Assembly: GCA_964426385.1 (NCBI GenBank)
Contig: CAYRQF010000002.1
Coordinates: 7,037 to 71,036 of the forward strand
Reading direction: 5' to 3'
Length of the DNA stretch: 64,000 bases
DNA from: an uncultured Candidatus Saccharibacteria bacterium
Lineage (GTDB): Bacteria > Patescibacteriota > Minisyncoccia > Phycocordibacterales > CSBR16-119
A model generated the notes under the pieces. It was not told the origin of the DNA and searched no databases. It saw only the letters and a program-made list of their open reading frames with translations. The position numbers and the translations under genes are program-made. Every line of letters begins with the position of its first letter. The stretch's first letter is position 1. This document shows positions 48,004 through 59,678 of the stretch, one piece after another.

Positions 48004-49791
48004 TTATTGTTCTATATCTGCATCTACACTTTCTTCGGTCTTTGGCTGGAGGAATTCCCACACAGCATCAGTCCTGACGTACCACTCACTTATCCCTAGA
48101 AATCTCTCTGATGAGTTCGTGATTTGGTCGAGAGCGATATTCTTTACTTTGCCTGACTCCATATATATGAGATCGGGAGAGTAGATGAATATAGCTGGTG
48201 AGTCCGCACGTACGATGTCATTGAACTCTCCGACTTTCTCATCACGTGTCTCTGGGTCGGGTGTAGAGATGATCTCCTCCAGAAGTTTGTCGACGCGGTT
48301 GTTCGTGTAGACGGCGACGTTGAGTCCTGGGTCGTTCCTCTGTGATGAGTGCCAGAAGGCGAATAGGTCGGTATCGTTTCGGATGACTTGTCCGAAGAAT
48401 AGAGCTTCGTATTCGCGTGGTCTGATAATATTCTGGTTCAGCGCTCCGACGTCAAATACTTTCACCGAGACCTCTATTCCAATTTTGGCGAGGTCAGACT
48501 TGATAAGGTCGCTCGCTTGTCGGAGTTCCGCGACGTCGGCAGTCGAGATAGAGAATCGGAGCTGTTTACCATCTTTCTCGCGGATACCCGTTCTTTCGTT
48601 CATTCGGAAACCGGCAGAATCGAGCAGGACGTTCGCTTGATTCAGGCTCTCTGACGCTGACTCAGGGACTGCGATCTCCTCGTCACTTTTCATAAGTGAT
48701 GCCGGGACTGGCCCATCGATGATCGTACCGAAACCGTACAAGACGGTGTTGACGATGTTTTCTTTGTCGATGGCGAGATCTATAGCTGTAACTATAGTAC
48801 TATTTCTAAGATATTCATTTCTGTTTGGATTAAAAAACATACCGAACACTCTAGAGAGTGTTGTCGTAGTCGGTTCGTACCCCTCATCTGTTAGTGCTTT
48901 GGCATTCTTCGGACTAACTGAGCTGATCTGATCTACACGACCCTTTCTGTAGGCACGGATGAGATCGGCTTCGCTTTGGTAAAATTTAAAATCAATATTT
49001 TTTATAAATGGTGCATCACCTGCATAGCCATCGAAAGCCGACAGGCGGACATGCTCTATCTGACCGGCCTTATTCTGATCGATTTTTTGGATGCGATACA
49101 GTCCTGAACCGACAGCCTGGAGATTGTTATCTGAGAAACTGAACATTTCTGGATCGATACTCTCCCAAATGTGTTGAGGGATGATGCCGACAGTAGCATT
49201 CTCTAGAAACGACGCATAAGGCTGAGTCAGTTTAAATACTACTGTGCGTGAGTCTTCTGGGTCACGAGTGGCTACGACACCCTCCCAAACTGCCTGCATC
49301 GGACTTTTTATTAGAGAATCTTTAATTTTCTCTACAGTGAATATGACGTCGTTACTTGTAATAGGCGTCTTGTCATGGAACATGGCACCTTCTCGTATTT
49401 TGAAAGTATAGGTGAGTCCTCCTTCAGAGACTTCGTATGACTCGGCGAGATCTGTCACGATATTTCCATCTGGAGTTTTCTTCATCAGACCGGAATAGAC
49501 GAGTGATGATAGGTCGCGGTCCGTATCAGATATGGCCAAGATAGGATTGATAAAGCGGGGATTACCGAACACACCTTCAGAAAACGACCCGCCATTCTCA
49601 GGTAGGTAAAGCATAAAGCTTTTGTTGACACTATTTAATATGGAGATAGTACTAGCCGTTAGTATCACGAACAAGAGCACGAACAGGACTGTCTGTCGGT
49701 TCGAGAATGAATCGAGGATGGTTTTCAGAGTCTTCATATTCAGACCGCGGGATCGCGCCGAAATAGAAGAATTAATGTTTGTTTCTAACAT
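48004..49791 (-). CDS. ABC transporter substrate-binding protein, family 5 (Opp/Dpp-like), with an N-terminal membrane anchor
   Basis: Length and composition typical of SBP_bac_5. No cognate permease genes are adjacent. Confidence 0.7.
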   Translation of the reverse strand: MLETNINSSISARSRGLNMKTLKTILDSFSNRQTVLFVLLFVILTASTISILNSVNKSFMLYLPENGGSFSEGVFGNPRFINPILAISDTDRDLSSLVYSGLMKKTPDGNIVTDLAESYEVSEGGLTYTFKIREGAMFHDKTPITSNDVIFTVEKIKDSLIKSPMQAVWEGVVATRDPEDSRTVVFKLTQPYASFLENATVGIIPQHIWESIDPEMFSFSDNNLQAVGSGLYRIQKIDQNKAGQIEHVRLSAFDGYAGDAPFIKNIDFKFYQSEADLIRAYRKGRVDQISSVSPKNAKALTDEGYEPTTTTLSRVFGMFFNPNRNEYLRNSTIVTAIDLAIDKENIVNTVLYGFGTIIDGPVPASLMKSDEEIAVPESASESLNQANVLLDSAGFRMNERTGIREKDGKQLRFSISTADVAELRQASDLIKSDLAKIGIEVSVKVFDVGALNQNIIRPREYEALFFGQVIRNDTDLFAFWHSSQRNDPGLNVAVYTNNRVDKLLEEIISTPDPETRDEKVGEFNDIVRADSPAIFIYSPDLIYMESGKVKNIALDQITNSSERFLGISEWYVRTDAVWEFLQPKTEESVDADIEQ

Positions 49792-49838
49792 GTTATATAG
49801 AGTCTGTATTTAATAGGGTATCTCCCTTAGTTGACCTA

Positions 49839-50102
49839 TTAGGCCAAGTATAGTCCGAGAAGAAGTGAAGCGACTAGAAGAACGCCGAAAACTATCGTCA
49901 AATTGAAGATAACTTTTTCGAATCCTCGTCTCTTGTGGAAAGTAACGCCCCCGTCATTGCCAGAGCCAAAAGCTCCGCCGATGCCAGATTCCGACTTCTG
50001 CAGCAGTATTATGATCACCAATATAATAGAGAATATTATCTGGAGCCAAGGTAGTAGAGATTCCATGGGGTTTATAGTATCAAAAGCCCCTAAATTTTGC
50101 AA
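49839..50102 (-). CDS. secG: preprotein translocase subunit SecG
   Basis: LLQKSESGIGGAFGSG..F.KRRGFE with two TM helices. Confidence 0.7.
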   Translation of the reverse strand: MQNLGAFDTINPMESLLPWLQIIFSIILVIIILLQKSESGIGGAFGSGNDGGVTFHKRRGFEKVIFNLTIVFGVLLVASLLLGLYLA

Positions 50103-50174
50103 ATACCTGGATGTTTTAGACTTATTCTATATATAGACATTTGTAGACTAGGGCTTTTCTGCTAAAATTCGTGT

Positions 50175-50681
50175 ATGCAAAGCTTAAAAGGCAATCTAAT
50201 TATATTCGTCTTCATTCTCGGTATCGCCGGACTCGCTAATTGGGCCTTCAACAGTATGAAGGCTAACAACGCCGATCTCATCGCGAGTGGTGGCTTCATG
50301 GAGGATGTCGGGCCGATAGTCACGACTGAGCCTGAGGTTTATACGCCAGATACGACAGCACCTATCCCCGAACCTGAGCCAGAGACGACACCCACGCCCA
50401 CTACAGTAGAACCGACTGGCGAACACGCCGGACTTATCAAAGAACTCCAGAAGCTTATCACTGACAATGTCTTGATGAAGAAAGGGTCTCGAGGTACTCG
50501 CGTCGGCACCGTTCAGAAATTCCTCATCGAATACGGCATCAAGATGACCGCGGATAACGACTATGGTGATGGAACAGTGAATGGTGTGAAAAAATTCCAG
50601 GCTGAGCAGAAGCTTACCGCTGATGGCGAAGCCGGCGCGGGAACATTCAAGGCGATGATCTCCTGGCTCGAGAAGAACTAA
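50175..50681 (+). CDS. membrane-anchored peptidoglycan-binding (PG_binding_1) domain protein
   Basis: GTVQKFLIEYG..DGTVNGVKKFQAEQKLTADGEAG. Confidence 0.6.
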   Translation: MQSLKGNLIIFVFILGIAGLANWAFNSMKANNADLIASGGFMEDVGPIVTTEPEVYTPDTTAPIPEPEPETTPTPTTVEPTGEHAGLIKELQKLITDNVLMKKGSRGTRVGTVQKFLIEYGIKMTADNDYGDGTVNGVKKFQAEQKLTADGEAGAGTFKAMISWLEKN

Positions 50682-50682
50682 A

Positions 50683-51214
50683 ATGAAAATAAAAGTCGCA
50701 TCGCTCAATCCTCAAAAGATCCAAGCCGTTAAGGATACTGTTTTGGATTACCCCGAATTAAAAGATGCACTAGTCGAGGGGGGTAAGTGCACCATCAGAT
50801 GTTAGTGATCAACCGAAGTCTCTGGAGGAGACTGTGAATGGTGCGACGAATAGAGCTAGGAATGCTTTTGTTGATTGTGACTACAGCTTCGGGATAGAGA
50901 GTGGACTTATCTCTGTACCAAAAACAAAAAGTGGTTACATGGATATCTGTGTTTGTGCAATATATGACGGCAAGGATTTTCATCTCGGTTGTTCATCTGT
51001 GTTTGAAGTTCCGAATAAAATAATGGAACTGATGCACACAGGTATGAACATGCAAGACGCATGTTTCGAAGCGGGCCTCACACAAAATAAAAATCTTGGT
51101 TCTGCCGAAGGTATGATCGGAATATTAACTAAAGGCAGAGTGACACGTCTCGCGTACACCAAGCAAGCAATTATTTCCGCATTGATTCATCTAGAAAATA
51201 AAAATCTATTTTAA
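50683..51214 (+). pseudogene. yjjX: YjjX-like (DUF84) non-canonical purine NTP phosphatase, disrupted by a frameshift in a G6 homopolymer (50778..50783)
   Basis: Frame A (50683..50805) reads MKIKVASLNPQKIQAVKDTVLDY.... Removing one G of the run joins it to VSAPSDVSDQPKSLEETVNGATNRARNA..., which is the listed ORF 50834..51214. The joined product is collinear with E. coli YjjX. Confidence 0.6.
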
Positions 51215-51399
51215 AAAAACTTTTTATAATTTTCTAAAATAAAAAAGTTATCCACAATTTTGTTGCAAGCGAATTGTATAAATGTTTTGTATGTAAGATA
51301 ATTTACACATAGCAGCGACAACTTTTTTCAAAACATTTTTTGAAAAAAATTTTTGGTCGAAAGTTGTTGCATGATTTAATAATTAATCCACTAAATAAT

Positions 51400-51507
51400 A
51401 TGGCCGCTAAAAAAAGAAAGGCAGCGAAGAAGACAGTAAAGAAAGCTGCAAAGAAGAAGACGACAAAGAAAGCTGCGAAGAAGAAGACTGCAAAACGACG
51501 ACGATAG
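51400..51507 (+). CDS. tiny, highly basic Lys/Ala-rich protein (35 aa; MAAKKRKAAKKTVKKAAKKKTTKKAAKKKTAKRRR)
   Basis: ATG at 51400 to TAG at 51505-51507. It has its own upstream AT-rich region with a large imperfect palindrome and a downstream terminator. Confidence 0.35.
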   Translation: MAAKKRKAAKKTVKKAAKKKTTKKAAKKKTAKRRR

Positions 51508-51530
51508 TTTTACGTCTGCCTTGTAACGAC

Positions 51531-51558
51531 AATCCCGCCTCGCGGGATTTTCGTTTTT
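51531..51558 (+). terminator. rho-independent terminator (AATCCCGC ctc GCGGGATT plus a T-run)
   Basis: Hairpin followed by TTCGTTTTT. Confidence 0.6.
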
Positions 51559-51575
51559 ATGATAATCTTTACCTC

Positions 51576-54113
<2,538 letters not shown>

Positions 54114-54156
54114 GCAGACCAAGATTGTCAGCGTCAAATAGCAAGAAAACGCCCAG

Positions 54157-54180
54157 AAAGCCTTGATTTACAAGGCTTTC
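54157..54180 (+). terminator. hairpin GAAAGCCTTG attta CAAGGCTTTC after secA
   Basis: 10-bp perfect inverted repeat. Confidence 0.55.
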
Positions 54181-54210
54181 TAGCATTTGACAAACCGGGC
54201 TTTTTGTGGC

Positions 54211-54239
54211 TTGACAAGTTTGGCTGGACATGCTATATT
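54211..54239 (+). promoter_or_regulatory. canonical sigma70-type promoter: TTGACA, 17-bp spacer, TATATT
   Basis: The -35 at 54211..54216 and the -10 at 54234..54239 were read directly. Confidence 0.55.
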
Positions 54240-54359
54240 ACTCTCGTAATCCCGAAAGGGGTTTTTTAGTTTCCTCTAGCCATTGCCCACGGGCAAGACT
54301 CTCGAGTCTAGTTAGAGGAGATTTTCCACCACAGAGTTGTCGGAGCGAAACCGTCAAAT

Positions 54360-54986
54360 ATGAAAAAGACTAATAACTTCCTTAAGAATAAGTTACATTC
54401 ATTTATTCTTCTACCGCTTCTCCTCACGAACTTTACGACTCCAGTGATGTTAGATAACCCAACAATCGCCGGGTCCGTAGGAGAAACTATTAGCCTGAAC
54501 TTTCAAAAATCAAAGACTGACATCATGGAAGCTCCGGTCTTCGCTGACCCACGAGCTGCGAAGATCGATGCATATTTCGCTCAGTGGGATCTCCCACTAT
54601 CTGGCCACGGTAAAGGTATGATCGAGGCCGCTGATAAGTACGGTATAGACTGGAGACTTCTTCCAGCTCTAGCCATGCTTGAGACGACTGGTGGTAAAAA
54701 CCTCTGCGGTGACGGTACTAACCTTAACGCTTTCGGATATGGCTCGTGCCAGATACACTTCTCGACTTTCGAGCAGTCATTCGAGGCCGTAGCCAAGACT
54801 GTTAGTGGTAATGGTAAGAACACCTCTCACTTGTATAAGGATAAGTCTATCGAGGGTATTCTCGAGGTATATAATCCTCCGAATACTCCAGGTATGACTC
54901 CTGGTTACCACAAGAAAGCACTGAACGTCATGTCTGCGATTGAATCAATGGAAGTTTCAGCTAGTACGCTCGCTAAAGCCTCATAA
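54360..54986 (+). CDS. secreted GH73-like (glucosaminidase/muramidase-type) cell-wall hydrolase
   Basis: Signal peptide. ALAMLETTGGKNLCGDGTNLNAFGYG resembles the E-S-G-W-G...N-N-L-F-G-I core of GH73. Confidence 0.45.
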   Translation: MKKTNNFLKNKLHSFILLPLLLTNFTTPVMLDNPTIAGSVGETISLNFQKSKTDIMEAPVFADPRAAKIDAYFAQWDLPLSGHGKGMIEAADKYGIDWRLLPALAMLETTGGKNLCGDGTNLNAFGYGSCQIHFSTFEQSFEAVAKTVSGNGKNTSHLYKDKSIEGILEVYNPPNTPGMTPGYHKKALNVMSAIESMEVSASTLAKAS

Positions 54987-55027
54987 TACAAAAAGACCCC
55001 TGGAGAAATCCTGGGGTCTTTTTGTGT

Positions 55028-58000
55028 CTATATCTCCTTGATCGAATCGATCATGATAGTCTTCTCGCCTTCACGGATTTTGACTTTGGCTTTGATGGCG
55101 ACCACTTTGTCTTCCATTAGGATGTTCGCATATGTTTTGTAAGTCTCTGGGAAAGCTACAGCTTCGATGGTGCCTGTTAGGTCCTCGAGTTGGATGAACG
55201 CCATCTGCTGGTTCTTCTTGGTAATGATTATCTTCACAGTCTGGATGACAGAAGCTAGGGCTATGGATTCATCCTGTCTGCCGGTCGCCTTGACCCTAGA
55301 GATGGTGTTGCCACTTTTCTCGATCTTATCGCGGATACTATCGAGCGGGTGTCCCGAGACATACAGTCCGAGGAGTTCTTTTTCCCAGGCTAGACGGGTC
55401 TTCTGATCGGCCGGCGGAGCGTCGACGAGGGTGAGTTTAGACTTCGGAGCCAAGTCTCCACCGAATAGGCTACCCTGGTCTTTATTATTCTTGCTAAAAG
55501 ATTTGTTGAACTCGGTCAGGTTCTCGATATTCGCGACGAGCATACTACGTTCGCCGAATGAGTCCATGGCTCCGGACTTGATCAGAGCTTCTAGGGACTT
55601 CTTGTTTACATTTTTATGCGTTACCCGCTCGAGGAAGTCAGGGAGACTCGTGAATCTGCCACGAGCCTTGCGTTCTTCGATGATGGCGTCGGCGATATCC
55701 GTGCCGAGGTTTTTGATCGTGTAGAAGCCGAATCTGATAGCGTCTCTTTTCGTAGGGTCGTCGTTCTTGATGACAGTGAATCCACCAAAGCACTCGTTCA
55801 CGTCAGGAGGTAGGACTTCGATACCCATGCGTCCGCACTCATGGATGATTTCCGAAACCTTCTCGATGTCACCAGACTCAGCCGTGAGTATCGCTGTCAT
55901 GTAGGGAACTGGGAAGTTCGCCTTCATGTATGCAGTCTGATAAGCGACGCGTCCGTACGAGGCAGCGTGAGCTTTGTTGAATCCGTACGCAGCGAATGGT
56001 TCGATGAGTGCCCAGAGCTCCTCGGTTTTTTTCTTCTCCATACCATTGGCCACGAGGCCTTTTACGAGCTTGTCTTTCTCGGCGGCCATGACTTCAGGAA
56101 TTTTCTTACCCATGGCTTTGCGGAGCTTGTCGGCTTCGAGCCACGAGTATCCTCCGAGCTTGATAGCGATCATCATGACGTCGTCCTGGTAGGTGATAAC
56201 GCCGTAGGATAGGTCGAGGATATCTTTCATCCTGGGGTCGAGGAATCTGATGAGGTGGTGGTTATGTTTACGCTTGATATAGTCGGGAATCATTTCCATC
56301 GGCCCAGGACGATAGAGCGCTACCATGGCGTTGATGTCGTCGATGACGGTCGGACGGAGTTCTTTGAGGTAGCGAGTCATGCCAGAGCCGTTGAGCTGAA
56401 ACAGTCCGATAGTTTCACCACGGGCTAACATCTCGAAAGTTTTTCTATCATCCATCGGGATGTTTTCGATATCGATATCGACGTTTTCTATTTTCTTCAC
56501 CAGAGTTACAGCTCCAGCGAGGATTGCTAGGTTTCTGATACCGAGGAAGTCGAACTTGATGAGTCCAGCAGCTTCGACAGCGTGCATGTCGTACTGAGTG
56601 ATAATCTTGCCACCTTTGGGGTCGAGCTGGATCGGGGCATAGTCATCGACGCGTGTCGGGGAGATAACAACACCGGCGGCATGCACACTGATGTGACGTG
56701 CACAGCCTTCTATCTTCTTGGCGAGGTCGATTATTTCCTTGGTTGGCTTGTCAGTGTCATACATTTTCTTCAGCTCCTCGACCATCTCCATGGCATGGTC
56801 GATTGTCATAGCGAAGCCCTGCTTGCCTAGCGGGATGAGCTTCGAGATGGTGTCACCGACACCGTAAGGGTGGCCGAGTGCGCGAGCGACATCGCGTACA
56901 GATCCGCGAGCCATCATGGTACCGAATGTTCCGATCTGGGCCACAGCTGCCTCACCGTACTTTTGTTTGGCGTACTCGATGACTTCGTCGCGTCTATCGT
57001 CGGCGAAGTCCATATCTATATCGGGAGCTGATGGGCGCTCTGGGTTTAGGAATCGTTCAAATGGTAGCTGGAAACGGAATGGGTCGACGGTCGTGATACC
57101 TAGGAGGTATGAGCAGATAGATCCGGCGACCGATCCTCGGATGTTCGTCAGAATGCCGTTCTCTCGAGCGAAGCGGATGAGGTCGGCCACGATGAGGAAG
57201 TAGATAGGGAAGCCTTTTTGTTCGATGACTTGGAGCTCGTATTCTATACGCTCCTCGATTTTCTTATTGATGGTTCCATATCTTCCTGGAACACCGGCAT
57301 AGACTTTTTTCTTGAGTTGGGACTCGGGAGTTTCTCCAGCTTCGAGTTCGAATTTGGGGAAGACCCATTTGCCGAGTTCGATGTCGATACTGACCATGTC
57401 TGCCACTTTGTTCGTCTGTTCGACGGCCTCTGGTGTGTCGTGGAAGAATTCGAGCGCTTTCGCCGGGTCGATGAAAGAATAGTCGCCACCCATCTTCATG
57501 CCTGAGCCCTGGGTGTTGATATTGAGTAGAGTGTTGTGCGCTTCTTTGTCATCCTCGTGCAGGTAGTGCGAGTCCCATGTTGCGACGATGGGGATATCGA
57601 ACTCACCTGAAAGTTTCTTAACCCCAGCTTTCAATACTTCATACCCCTCCACCTCGGCATGGCCCATGAGTTCGAGGAAGAAATTCTCCTTGCCGAAGAT
57701 ACTTTGGTATTTTTCGATGATTTGCTTTTGTTTCGACGGATCATTCGCGCGGATAGCGTGTGCGAGCTCGCCAGCCGGGCATCCGGAGAGACAGATGATG
57801 CCTTCTGAGTATTGACGCAGGAGTTCCTCGTCCATGCGTGGTTTGTAATAGTATCCATCGATGAATGACATGGATACGAGCTTCATGATGTTTTTGTAAC
57901 CTTGGTTATTCTTGGCGAGGAGAGTCAGGTGGTAGCGCTTTGAATCGATGTTGGCTTCTTTGTCGAAACGTGTTCGCTCGGCGATATAGGCCTCGACGCC

Positions 58001-58195
58001 GATGATCGGCTTGATGCCTGCTTTCTTGCATTCCTGGTAGAACTCGATGGCGCCATACATCGCGCCATGGTCAGTGAGGGCTAGCGCTTCCATGCCATGC
58101 TTTTTAGCTTCGTCCACCAAATCCTCTATTTTTGACATCCCGTCCAGGAGGGAATAATGCGAATGTGTATGCAGATGGACGAATTTTTGGCTCAT
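55028..58195 (-). CDS. dnaE: DNA polymerase III alpha subunit
   Basis: PHP domain (HLHTHSHYSLLDG), polymerase core and an OB domain; 1055 aa. Confidence 0.95.
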   Translation of the reverse strand: MSQKFVHLHTHSHYSLLDGMSKIEDLVDEAKKHGMEALALTDHGAMYGAIEFYQECKKAGIKPIIGVEAYIAERTRFDKEANIDSKRYHLTLLAKNNQGYKNIMKLVSMSFIDGYYYKPRMDEELLRQYSEGIICLSGCPAGELAHAIRANDPSKQKQIIEKYQSIFGKENFFLELMGHAEVEGYEVLKAGVKKLSGEFDIPIVATWDSHYLHEDDKEAHNTLLNINTQGSGMKMGGDYSFIDPAKALEFFHDTPEAVEQTNKVADMVSIDIELGKWVFPKFELEAGETPESQLKKKVYAGVPGRYGTINKKIEERIEYELQVIEQKGFPIYFLIVADLIRFARENGILTNIRGSVAGSICSYLLGITTVDPFRFQLPFERFLNPERPSAPDIDMDFADDRRDEVIEYAKQKYGEAAVAQIGTFGTMMARGSVRDVARALGHPYGVGDTISKLIPLGKQGFAMTIDHAMEMVEELKKMYDTDKPTKEIIDLAKKIEGCARHISVHAAGVVISPTRVDDYAPIQLDPKGGKIITQYDMHAVEAAGLIKFDFLGIRNLAILAGAVTLVKKIENVDIDIENIPMDDRKTFEMLARGETIGLFQLNGSGMTRYLKELRPTVIDDINAMVALYRPGPMEMIPDYIKRKHNHHLIRFLDPRMKDILDLSYGVITYQDDVMMIAIKLGGYSWLEADKLRKAMGKKIPEVMAAEKDKLVKGLVANGMEKKKTEELWALIEPFAAYGFNKAHAASYGRVAYQTAYMKANFPVPYMTAILTAESGDIEKVSEIIHECGRMGIEVLPPDVNECFGGFTVIKNDDPTKRDAIRFGFYTIKNLGTDIADAIIEERKARGRFTSLPDFLERVTHKNVNKKSLEALIKSGAMDSFGERSMLVANIENLTEFNKSFSKNNKDQGSLFGGDLAPKSKLTLVDAPPADQKTRLAWEKELLGLYVSGHPLDSIRDKIEKSGNTISRVKATGRQDESIALASVIQTVKIIITKKNQQMAFIQLEDLTGTIEAVAFPETYKTYANILMEDKVVAIKAKVKIREGEKTIMIDSIKEI

Positions 58196-58241
58196 AAGTC
58201 TCGATATTATAGCAGATAGGTCGTGTTAATATTATCCCTAT

Positions 58242-58838
58242 ATGGAACCGAAATTCATCGTTGGCATAGACGAAGTGGGTAGGGGTCCCGTAGCAGGGCC
58301 GGTGTATGTCTGCGCCTTTTGGGCGAAGGCCGAGAGTCTCCCGGAGATAATCTCCGGAAGCCTTCTGCCCGTGCGTGATTCGAAAAAGCTCACGAAGAAA
58401 ATGCGGGAAAAGTGGTTCAAGTATCTGCAGGACCGGGCCGGTGAGGGGAATTTCCGATACGTGATATCTAAAGCTTCGAATGTCGAGATAGATACCAAAG
58501 GTATCGCCGTGTGCATCAAGGCCTGTGTAAATAATTGTCTCGAGAAACTCAAGCTTGATAAGGAGAACACAAAAGTGTATCTTGATGGCGGTCTATACGC
58601 CGACAGTATATATATGCAGGAGACTGTCGTGAAAGGGGACGAGAATATTCCCATAATCTCACTCGCATCTATCATCGCCAAAGTCTCGCGTGATGCTGAG
58701 ATGGAGAAACTCGCATTAGATTTCCCTGAGTATATGTGGAGTAAAAATATGGGTTATGGGACGAGCGCGCATATGGATGCGGTCAAGAAATTAGGTACGA
58801 CCCCTTTACACCGAGTGTCATTTTTAAAAAATGTCTAA
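58242..58838 (+). CDS. rnhB: ribonuclease HII
   Basis: IVGIDEVGRGPVAGPV. Confidence 0.9.
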   Translation: MEPKFIVGIDEVGRGPVAGPVYVCAFWAKAESLPEIISGSLLPVRDSKKLTKKMREKWFKYLQDRAGEGNFRYVISKASNVEIDTKGIAVCIKACVNNCLEKLKLDKENTKVYLDGGLYADSIYMQETVVKGDENIPIISLASIIAKVSRDAEMEKLALDFPEYMWSKNMGYGTSAHMDAVKKLGTTPLHRVSFLKNV

Positions 58839-59487
58839 AAATTTAGAAAATATAATACTAATAGATAAACCGAAAGGCATAACATCTTTTGATGTAATCA
58901 GACGGCTGCGGAAGCAAACGGGTATCAGGAAAATGGGACATGCCGGAACGCTTGATCCACTCGCGACAGGACTCATGATCATTGGAGTGAATGAAGGAAC
59001 GAAACGGATGGAAGAGTTCCTAAAGCTCGACAAGACATACGATGCCGAGATACTCCTCGGTACGCGGACTGATACAGGAGACCTCGAGGGCGAGGTGCTC
59101 GAGGTTCGTGATGTCTACGATGTGGAAGAAGATTATGTAGAAGAGGTGCTAAATAATTTTCAGGGTGTATTTGAGATACCAGTTCCGAAATATTCAGCGA
59201 TAAAAAAAGCAGGGAAGCCTTTGTATGCATACGCCCGAGAGGGGATCGACGTAGACGCTCCTGTAAAGCCAATGAAAGTTTATAAAAGTAAGTTTTTGGG
59301 TCTAGAAGAAGTAGAAGAGGGCTTCCTTTTGAAGGTTCGATTTGATGTCGCTAGTGGGGTATATATCCGTTCTCTGGTTGAGTACCTAGGAGGGTTCCTA
59401 GATGTTCCGGCAACACTCGCGAATCTAAGAAGGACTAGAGTAGGGGATTTCGATATCAAATCGGCCCGCACACTTGATAAAGTGTAG
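58831..59487 (+). CDS. truB: tRNA pseudouridine(55) synthase TruB (short form, no PUA domain)
   Basis: LIDKPKGITSFDVIRRLRK...GHAGTLDPLATGLM. It overlaps rnhB by 8 bp. Confidence 0.9.
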   Translation: MSKNLENIILIDKPKGITSFDVIRRLRKQTGIRKMGHAGTLDPLATGLMIIGVNEGTKRMEEFLKLDKTYDAEILLGTRTDTGDLEGEVLEVRDVYDVEEDYVEEVLNNFQGVFEIPVPKYSAIKKAGKPLYAYAREGIDVDAPVKPMKVYKSKFLGLEEVEEGFLLKVRFDVASGVYIRSLVEYLGGFLDVPATLANLRRTRVGDFDIKSARTLDKV

Positions 59488-59566
59488 CGGGTAAACTAAA
59501 AAGCTTCACCCGGACACGAGTGAGCGATAGGTGGAAAATATCCCTAAATATAGGGCTTTTTGGGCC

Positions 59567-59595
59567 TATTTTAGGCTTGACGTATCGAACTATAT
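59567..59595 (+). promoter_or_regulatory. sigma70-type promoter: TTGACG, 17-bp spacer, TATGAT
   Basis: Read directly. It follows the truB terminator hairpin (CCCTAaataTAGGG plus a T-run at about 59530..59550). Confidence 0.5.
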
Positions 59596-59678
59596 GTGAT
59601 ATGATACAGCCAAGCCGAAAGACTATACGAGTCTAGTAGGGTTCCTTCAAAACTTCACCAACAAACACACCTCCAAGC

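Noticed and set aside
55167-57815. Numerous + strand ORFs (65-123 aa) inside dnaE
   Set aside because: dnaE on the minus strand is 1055 aa with PHP and polymerase motifs. The + strand frames are chance open frames in GC-richer coding DNA.
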